DNA from: Chiloscyllium plagiosum
Taxonomy: Eukaryota
Length of the DNA: 64,000 nucleotides
Assembly (NCBI RefSeq): GCF_004010195.1
Contig: NC_057720.1
Span: 9,806,385 to 9,870,384 of the forward strand
Direction of reading: 5' to 3'
Under the pieces are notes generated by a model. That model was not told where the DNA came from and made no database searches. It saw only the letters and a list, made by a program, of their open reading frames with translations. Positions 40,456 through 48,904 of this stretch are shown here, piece by piece. Position numbers and translations under genes: made by a program. Numbering within the stretch: the stretch's first letter is position 1; each line of letters opens with the position of its first letter.

Positions 40456-40879
40456 TCATTCTTTCTTTCTTAACTTTCAGAGGGTTGTCTGTAGGATGAG
40501 CGTGCCACTCCGCCTTTGGGGCGTTCACAGGACCTTTAACGCGAGTGTGATGACTCAGCAGTCCGAATAGCTGTTTCACTAGTCAGGAGGGTTAGGAATG
40601 GTCCCTCCCAGCTCGGGTGCAGTTTGGTATCTTTCCAGGTCATGATCAGGACCCAATCACCCGGTTGTATTCGATGTACTGCAAACTCGAGTGGCAGTGT
40701 CTGTACCAACAGGCCTTTATTCCTAAGAATAGACAAAGAAGAGCCAAGCGCCACAGTATAGTTCTTTAAAAACTTATCATTGAACTCTGACCAGCCGTTA
40801 GGCAGTCTTTCAGCCTCGATAATGCTTCCCTCTATACCGTCTACTACAGTATATTCATTGTGCTTTTTACCCTCAATCA
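40456..40879 (-). pseudogene. pol: ERV pol remnant: start of RNase H fused to the integrase C-terminus
   Basis: IEGKKHNEYTVVDG...EAERLPNGWS (RNase H) is joined near 40787 to FLKNYTVALGSSLS...HRIQPGDWVLIMTWKDTKLHPSWEGPFLTLLTSETAIRTAE/HHTRVKGP (GPY/F-type IN C-terminus). The DDE core is absent. Confidence 0.88.
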
Positions 40880-41833
40880 NNNNNNNNNNNNNNNNNNNNN
40901 NNNNNNNNNNNNNNNNNNNNNNNNNNNNNNNNNNNNNNNNNNNNNNNNNNNNNNNNNNNNNNNNNNNNNNNNNNNNNNNNNNNNNNNNNNNNNNNNNNNN
41001 NNNNNNNNNNNNNNNNNNNNNNNNNNNNNNNNNNNNNNNNNNNNNNNNNNNNNNNNNNNNNNNNNNNNNNNNNNNNNNNNNNNNNNNNNNNNNNNNNNNN
41101 NNNNNNNNNNNNNNNNNNNNNNNNNNNNNNNNNNNNNNNNNNNNNNNNNNNNNNNNNNNNNNNNNNNNNNNNNNNNNNNNNNNNNNNNNNNNNNNNNNNN
41201 NNNNNNNNNNNNNNNNNNNNNNNNNNNNNNNNNNNNNNNNNNNNNNNNNNNNNNNNNNNNNNNNNNNNNNNNNNNNNNNNNNNNNNNNNNNNNNNNNNNN
41301 NNNNNNNNNNNNNNNNNNNNNNNNNNNNNNNNNNNNNNNNNNNNNNNNNNNNNNNNNNNNNNNNNNNNNNNNNNNNNNNNNNNNNNNNNNNNNNNNNNNN
41401 NNNNNNNNNNNNNNNNNNNNNNNNNNNNNNNNNNNNNNNNNNNNNNNNNNNNNNNNNNNNNNNNNNNNNNNNNNNNNNNNNNNNNNNNNNNNNNNNNNNN
41501 NNNNNNNNNNNNNNNNNNNNNNNNNNNNNNNNNNNNNNNNNNNNNNNNNNNNNNNNNNNNNNNNNNNNNNNNNNNNNNNNNNNNNNNNNNNNNNNNNNNN
41601 NNNNNNNNNNNNNNNNNNNNNNNNNNNNNNNNNNNNNNNNNNNNNNNNNNNNNNNNNNNNNNNNNNNNNNNNNNNNNNNNNNNNNNNNNNNNNNNNNNNN
41701 NNNNNNNNNNNNNNNNNNNNNNNNNNNNNNNNNNNNNNNNNNNNNNNNNNNNNNNNNNNNNNNNNNNNNNNNNNNNNNNNNNNNNNNNNNNNNNNNNNNN
41801 NNNNNNNNNNNNNNNNNNNNNNNNNNNNNNNNN
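40880..41833. other. Assembly gap (N run) inside the provirus
   Basis: Continuous n bases. Confidence 1.
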
Positions 41834-42338
41834 CAACCATTATTTTAGCTTTTTGTTTTTGTTTCTCCTCTTCCCTTTTCACACACACTTTCTGTGCCTC
41901 ATATAACAGATCTTCTATCTGTTTTTCACTCCAGCCTTCTAATTTCTGTAATTTCTTTTGTATGTCCGGGCCATGATTTAGTCACAAATTGGACCTTTAA
42001 AAGTCCCTGTGCTACCGGATCATTGGGATTCATTCCCAAATATTTTCTAGTGGCTTCTTTTAATCTCTGTAAGAAGGCTGACAGGGCTTCCTCCTTTTCC
42101 TGTCTTACTTCAAAGGCTTAAAAAAATTCTGAGATTTAGGTGCTGCTTCTTTAATACCCAAAATGACCATTTCTCGAAAGTCCCTCATTTTTCCTCTATC
42201 GTGTTCATCCATACCCTTCCACCGTGGGTCCACATTGGTGAATTTGTTTTTGGCTGGTATCACTTCCCTTACCCACCGGATCTCTATTTTCCATTCCCTC
42301 AGAGCAGCTCTTCTAATCATGCCCCTTTCTTCTCCTGA
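41834..42338 (-). pseudogene. gag: ERV gag capsid fragment including the major homology region, located out of order
   Basis: GEERGMIRRAALREW...KFTNVDPRW...REMVILGIKEAAPKSQN / AFEVRQEKEEALSAFLQRLKEATRKYLGMNP...FVTKSWP / EAQKVCVKREEEKQKQKAKIMV, with frameshifts. Confidence 0.88.
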
Positions 42339-42446
42339 CCGTACCTGATGTGGGGTGCTGACTACTAAGGCTTCCCTAAAAGTAAGTTTCCGACTCTCCT
42401 CTACCAATAAGGCTGTTGCCGCCACTGCCTGCACACACACTGGCCA
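42339..42446 (-). pseudogene. pol: ERV pol fragment (RT connection/tether region)
   Basis: WPVCVQAVAATALLVEESRKLTFREALVVSTPHQVR, a typical class I ERV connection-domain motif. Confidence 0.85.
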
Positions 42447-42894
42447 GAAATGTAGCTTTCCATTCTTTAATTAACAATGAATTAATGCAGTTCATGTTTT
42501 AAATTAACCATGAATCAATATGACAGGTCACTGAGAATGTATGAAGGAATCCTGCCAATTAATATTGATTCAGGCTAACACAATTGAATTATTATAAATA
42601 TTAATTATTAATTATATATATTATATAATTCAGGATGGAAACACAACAAGTGATTAAAACATTTTAAAAACTGTAATCGCGCAGTTCTGTTTGTTTACCA
42701 GTCACTTGTGACTTCTCATTCTGTTTTCGTAATTGTTTTGCTCGAGCACATTCATTTTTAAGAACTTCAACAGATTCCATCGCACCTTTCGCAGTTAATT
42801 CAATCCCCAATTTGGTGGCAATATTTCGTCATGAACGCAAAACTGATTCTTCGTGCCTCTCATCACAAAACTGTTGCCATAATCCAATTAACTT

Positions 42895-43356
42895 TTGTTT
42901 TTATTCCCACTCCCTTGGGCTTAAAATTTAAGGATGACCTTGCTGCCCCCTGTATTGACTGGGACAACTACGTCCTCTTTGTAAGGTCCCATCTTTAAAT
43001 TTATCAAGGGCTCCTGGTGGGTCCCCGGGGGCAGGAACCCCTGACACCCCTATTTTCCATCAGGGTTCATTAACGGCACTGCCTTTACTTCCTTTTTCGG
43101 ATCTGGACACTCTCTCTCTTAAAGTGACCTGTCTTTCCACAGTAATAACATCCCGCCAGTGGGGATTTCCACTTCGATCTTTGTTCCTGTCTACCAGACC
43201 CCTTAACATCTCCTCCCCGATCCTTTCTCCTCACTTTATTTTCAACATGCTGCCCGCCACCATTCCGGTTTCCTTCTCCTTTTAGTTTTGTCCTTTTCTT
43301 TATTACCTCATCAACCGTGGCTTATCATTATTTTTGCCTTCTGTTTCTGCTTCTCA
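42895..43356 (-). pseudogene. gag-pro: ERV gag C-terminus (single CCHC knuckle), amber readthrough junction and protease N-terminus
   Basis: EKQKQKAKIMI...GCYYCGKTGHFKRE/CP (43107-43150, 2-bp slip in a GA run)...PLMNPDGK-TAG(43050-43052)-GCQGF...EPLINLKMG...VNTG/AARSSL (protease DTG motif reads NTG). Confidence 0.9.
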
Positions 43357-44276
43357 TGTGACGTTGCCAGATCAATTGCTGAGCCGATTTAACCAACTGA
43401 ACAGCTTTAGGGCAACCTCCTGGCCATTCCTCATCACCCAACGATTTGTTTAGACCTTGATTCTTTTAAAGAAATATTGCAATATTTCTTGCTCCCTGTA
43501 ATCTCAAATACAATTTATCAATTTATGCTTGCTTTTCTTTAAAGCCTGTTCCTAACTACACATTTTGGAATCTTTCTTGTAAATACATATTTATATATTA
43601 TAAATTCATTTATTCAGTGTTTAATATTCAAAATGCAAAATGCACACAGTTCCCAACTCTGAAATCCACCACGATCACCCGGTTCCAGTCCCCGATTCAA
43701 ATCCAAAACTAGTCCTCCCAAGTAGTCCTGACCAGTCATTGCTCAATTACAATGCTATAGGTCGTGAAATAACCAGAGCTGCCTTAAAAGGATTTGTCTA
43801 TTCAAGTTAAAACTTCAACTGCCCTCCATAAATCGCTTTTATGTAAGGATAAAAGAGATTAGTTAGAAACTGATAGTAAGGCAGTCATGACCTGTGAAAA
43901 GAACATTTTATTTCATAATCTTGCAAAATCCTCAACCTTAAAAGAAATCATGTTAAAATTTCCATAATAGAAATCAGATTCAAAACAGTCCCGGATCTCA
44001 AGCTCCAGGGAACCTTCAATCACCAACAAACAAATGTGCATTCAGACTGAATCACAAAGGGTTAAACTTTCTACTAGCTGTACAGCTCTTCTCTCTCTCT
44101 CTCTCACACACACACACAGACACCATGTTTCACAGACACTTTGAGTTTCCCGCAACGACTCCTCTCGCTTTTGAATTAGTTACAAAGTGCACCCTCAGTA
44201 GCCCTTCAGCTACTAGCCCTTCTGACACGAAGCATGATCTGATTCCTCCTGACTGTAAGGCTGTTTTTCATTGACA

Positions 44277-44429
44277 TTTTATCATTTGTTTTTTATCCTT
44301 TCCTCGCGTCCGAGGATGGTACTTCCAATCTCTTAACATTTTTCCCTAAGGACTGTCCATTGGGATGTGGTCCTCGGACGTCCCTCTCATGTCTCTTTCT
44401 ACATCTAAATTGCTATTCTTATTTCCCAT
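44277..44429 (-). pseudogene. gag: ERV gag matrix N-terminus
   Basis: MGNKNS (myristoylation-type MGxxxS)...IPMDSP*GKMLRDWKYHPRTRGKDKKQMIK; homology stops near 44277. Confidence 0.85.
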
Positions 44430-45202
44430 TTCAATACTCGGCTGTTTTCTTTATATAATTTTAATTAACCTCTCTGAGGTTCGGTGTTACCTTCTTCCAC
44501 ACCCACTTCAGGGTTATAATCTCCACGAGGGGGTTTCCCCTCTTAATAACCGGTCTAAGGCTGGGTGATCGAATCAGTTAGACACCTTACTTGTTAGATT
44601 AATCTAGCCAATTAAAGACCTTTATTGTCTATTTTTTAGGTTGCCAATTCCCCCATACTTCTCGTACGGAACCGACCACCAAGGTAATACTTAAAGGTCA
44701 ACTTTCATACCTTGGTCTGTGCACAAAAGTTACCTGGTGTAATGTGCGCCCCGTCCCGCGGCAATACCAGACAGCAAAATACGTTGTCAATCGAGGTCAC
44801 CTGAAATTTACCTTTACCCGGGTCTTATGTACACAAGAGTAACCCGACCAAACCACCACGTCTTGGTGCCCTTCGCACCGTGGCGAAACAGCAAGTAATG
44901 CTGCAAATCCCGGCCACCCGCGAATGCGGGTCTAAAGTCCATAAGAGTTACCCGACCAACCCGCCGTGTCCCAGTGCCCGGATAATACTTATTTAAGACC
45001 TTTTTCTTACCCGGGTCTTGTGCACAAGAGTCACCCGACGGAACCCGCCGCGTCGCGTTTGCCCGTCCTGTCTCCAGGGTCTCCCAGTCCGGATCTCGCT
45101 CGCCCGAGCCACCGCGGCAACAAGGGGAAACTAGAGATCGCCGAAATCAGCGAGGTGCACCTTCTCCGTTTCTCCAAGAATGCCGAGCGACCGGAGCTTG
45201 GG

Positions 45203-45221
45203 ATCCTGGAATGAGCCCCCA
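45203..45221 (-). promoter_or_regulatory. Primer binding site, tRNA-Pro type
   Basis: Minus strand reads TGGGGGCTCATTCCAGGAT, 4 nt after the 5' LTR. The canonical PBS-Pro is TGGGGGCTCGTCCGGGAT (2 substitutions and 1 extra base here). Confidence 0.8.
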
Positions 45222-45225
45222 AATC

Positions 45226-45828
45226 TGTTAGAAACAAAATTCAATAAAATTTAGATGAGACCACCAAAACTGGAAACAAGACAATTTATTACGAACTTGC
45301 AAGTAAGGGCTTCAATTGAATAAGCAAATGAGCAAATTAGAGCTTAGGTTAATGTACTGTTATACCCTTTGAGCTGAGTGAGGGCATCTCTCCAGACTCC
45401 TAATTACCCGATCTCTCTTACTGTACCATATCACTGCCCAGCTGCGCTCCACCCTTATTACTTCCCCCTTCCCCAGGTTGGCAACCTTCCTTTCTGTAAG
45501 TGCTGACACATACATTTATTTTGTCAAGATCTGGTTTAACATTTTGTATCATTCTGCTGGTACATTCCATCCTCGGACACTTCATTAACTTGTATCATTT
45601 TGTATAGCTCAAGCATTTCGGTTATCTCAGCTTTTTGCTGAAAGGCATAATTTTACAAAAATAACTTTTTGTTATAGTAATTACACACCAAAGTTAGTAT
45701 TTAATTAACCACAGATATACACTGAAAAGTCCCTAAATACCTGCAGGGTTAATAGTTCTTTTGCTGTACCCCTTTTCTGTATGCTTTTTCTATATCTACA
45801 AAAACAACACTTTACCCCATTTCCAACA
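45226..45828 (-). repeat. 5' LTR of the provirus (603 bp)
   Basis: tgttagaaac...ttccaaca. Direct repeat of 38386-38988 with about 19 substitutions and 2 single-base indels by manual alignment; adjacent to the PBS. Confidence 0.96.
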
Positions 45829-46274
45829 TTCATTGTTGCTCCTTTGTGGTCCCCACCAATGACTGCAGCCCCTATGATGGTGCCCCCATGCAAAGTCTCA
45901 CTCTTTCACCTCTTCTCCTTTTCCTCAGAGAAGAGAGGAATCTCGCAGTGCAAACTTCGTTTTACTAGCCCCCCCCCCCCCCCACTCTTTTTGACTGAAC
46001 ATTTATGAAACATCCTCCCCTGTGGAAAGCTATAATAAAATAATTTCTTTACAGGGTGAGCTGCATCATTCCAGGCAAAATAATCATTTCAATGTCTGCC
46101 TGGGTAAAACACGAAAAAAAAAGTAATTGCTGCCGAGCAAGTTGATGTCAAGGGATGGAGTAATACATTGCGTTCCACGGAGAATATTCAGACCTGGCAT
46201 TGATGTTAAAATTACTTATTTAACAAATCAGCTTCCTTTACCAGTCAATGGACCTCTGTTCAACGTAAAGGAGT

Positions 46275-46640
46275 AGAATCATAGAGATGTACAACACGGA
46301 AACAGGCCCTTCGGTCCAACTCATCCATGCCAGCCAGATTTCCTAAATAAATCTGCTTCCATTTGTCAGCATTTGACCCATGTCCTTTCTAAACCCCACC
46401 TACTCATATACCCATCAGATGCCTTTTAAATGCTGTAATTGTACCAGCCTCCGACACTTCCTTTGGCCGCTCATTCCATACTCGATTCCCACCCACATGA
46501 CAACATTGCCTCTTAGAACCCTTTTACAGCTTTCCCCTCTCAGCTTAAACCTATGCCCTCTAGTTTTTGACACCCCCACCCTGGGGAAGCAACTTGGCGT
46601 ATTTACCCTATCCATGCTCCACTTACTTTTATTAGGTCAC
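46275..46640 (-). mobile_element. CR1 3' end
   Basis: MDRVN...FPRVGVSKTRGHRFKLRGE; gaatcatagag tail. Confidence 0.85.
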
Positions 46641-47275
46641 CAATGCTCATGAACGGTTGAAATCTTTCTCAAGTCCATGAGCTGTATTCGGCGAAACTTT
46701 TAAAGAATAAGGCCAGTTCTTTGATGGAGTTGACGTTATAAGGATAGATAAATTATAAAATCATAGTTGGATACAGTACAGAAGGAAACCATTTGGCCCA
46801 TTATGCCTCTGCCGATTCTGAGAGCTGCTCTTTATATAAAAAAAAAGATTTCAGGAGATATGGTTGATCAGAATGTGTTGTCCATCCCTAACTGCCCTTC
46901 AACTGAGAAGCTTGCTGGGTAATCTCAGAGAACTGTTAAGAGTCAACCACATTGTTGGGAGTCTTGGAGTCACATGCAGGCAGACCAAGTACAAACAGCA
47001 TTTATCTCAATGCAAGAGGACTGACAGGCAGATAAACTCAGGGCATGGTTGGGAACACGGGAGTGATATATCATAGATATTACAGAAATGTTGCTCAGGG
47101 AAGGGCACCACTGTCAGCTTAATGTCCTGGGGCTTATAGTACAATTCCTTTAAGGTATTCATCCCTTTCCTATTTCTCAGTTCCACCCATATAACTTCAG
47201 TGGACGTTCTGCCAGGAATATCCTATAGATGCTATAAGAAGGTTAGAAAGAAGGACAAGAGAAGAGGGGGAGTCG

Positions 47276-47346
47276 CATTACAGTTTAACATTACAGTTTA
47301 ACATTACAGTTTAACATTACAGTTTAACATTACAGTTTAACATTAC
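47276..47346. repeat. 13-bp perfect tandem repeat (CATTACAGTTTAA) x5 plus partial copy
   Basis: Directly visible. Confidence 0.97.
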
Positions 47347-48581
47347 TGTTGTACTTAGGGAGGATATTCCTGGCAGAACGTCCACTGAAGTTATATGGGT
47401 GGAACTGAGAAATAGGAAAGGGATGAATACCTTAAAGGAATTGTACTATAAGCCCCCCAGTCGTTAGCAGGAAATTGATAAGCAAATATGTAAGATCTCA
47501 GTTATCTATAAGAACAGCAGGTTTGTAACAGTCAGGGATTTTAACTTTCAAACATAAACTGTGACTGTCATTGTGTTAAAGGCTTGAATGGAGAGGAATT
47601 TGTTATATGCGTTCAAGAAAATTTTCTTATTCATTATGTGATGTACCTGCTAGAGAAGGAACAAAACCTGACCTTCTGCTGGGAAACAATATAGAACAGG
47701 TGGCTGAGGTGTCAGTGGGGGAACACTTTGACGCAAGTGATCATTATGCTATTAGTTTCAAAATAGTTATGAGAAAGGGTAGATCAATTCTAAAATGAAA
47801 GCTCAATTTCTGAATTGGAGTAAGGCCAATTTTGATGGTATTAAGCAGGAATTTTCAAAAGTTGATTGTGAGAGGCTATTTGCTGGTGAGAGGATGGTTA
47901 GAAAGTGGGAAGCCTTCAAAAATGACCTAACAAGGATTCAGAGACAATGTGTTCCTGTTAGTGCAAAGAGCCAGGCTGCTAGGTGAAGAGAATGCTGGAT
48001 TGACTAAAAGAAATTGAGACTCTGGTCAAAAGAATGGAGGCGCATGTTAGGTATAGCCAGCTAGGATCGAGTGAATCCGTCGAGGAGTATAAGGATGGTA
48101 CAAGTATAGTTAAGAGGGAAATCAGGAGGGCAAAAAGTGGACACGAGATATCTTTGGCAAATATGGTTAAGGAGAATTCAAAGAGATTCTACAAATACAT
48201 TAGGGCAGAAGAGTAACTAAGGAGAGACTAAGGTCCCTTAAAGAACAATGAGTTTGTCTATACATGGAACTACAGAAGATGGGTGAGATACAAAACAAAT
48301 ATTTCATATCATTATTTGCCATGCAGAAGGACATGGACGCTAGGCAACTTAGGAAGATAAATAGTGATGTCTTGAAAAGTGTCAATATCACAGAAGAGGA
48401 AGTGCTGGAGGTCTTAAAATGCAAAGAAGTTGATAAATCCCCAGGACCTGATCAGGTGGTATCCCAAAACTTTGTGGGATGGTGGGGAAGAGATTGCAGG
48501 ACCCCTTGCTGAGATATTTGTATCAGCGATGCCACAGGTGAGATGTCAGAAGACTGGAAGGTGGCTGATGTGGTGCCATTA

Positions 48582-48904
48582 TGGTGGGCAGCACGGTGGC
48601 ACAGTGGTTAGCTCTGCTGCCTCACAGCACCAGAGACCCGGGTTCAATTCCCGCCTCAGGCGACTGACTGTGTGGAGTTTGCACGTTCTCCCCGTGTCTG
48701 CGTGGGTTTCCTCCAGGTGCTCCGGTTTCCTCCCACAGTCCAAAGATGTGCAGGTTAGGTGAATTGGCCATGCTAAATTGCCTGTAGTGTTAGGTAAGGG
48801 GTAAATGTAGGGGTATGGGTGGGTTTCGCTTTGGTGGGTCGGTGTGGACTTGTTGGGCCGAAGGGCCTGTTTCCACACTGTAATGTAATCTAATCTAAAA
48901 TCTA
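48582..48904 (+). mobile_element. Young full-length HE1-type SINE inserted in CR1 ORF2
   Basis: gggcagcacggtggcacagtggttag...gggttcaattccc...(aatct)n, flanked by attat on both sides. Confidence 0.92.

Larger units (their letters stand above)
38386..45828 (-). mobile_element. Endogenous retrovirus provirus (class I, gamma-like; HERV-I/IP-like gag and pol motifs), defective, antisense in an ADGRL4 intron
   Basis: Two direct 603-bp LTRs with TG...CA ends, TTCA direct repeats at 38382-38385 and 45829-45832, a PBS next to one LTR, a PPT next to the other, and gag/pro/pol/env remnants all on the minus strand. Confidence 0.96.

Noticed and set aside
40536..41976. Long 319-450 aa ORFs in the ORF track
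   Set aside because: They run through the N gap; only the flanking non-N parts (gag and pol fragments) are meaningful.
38386..45828. Ty3/Gypsy LTR retrotransposon or segmental duplication explaining the 603-bp repeats
   Set aside because: The PBS-Pro-like site, amber readthrough, class I gag motifs and an ISD/CX6CC env indicate a true retrovirus, and the TSD marks an integration.
48585..48660. tRNA genes suggested by A/B-box motifs
   Set aside because: These are tRNA-derived SINE heads continuing into the V-domain and a LINE-like tail; no standalone cloverleaf is evident.
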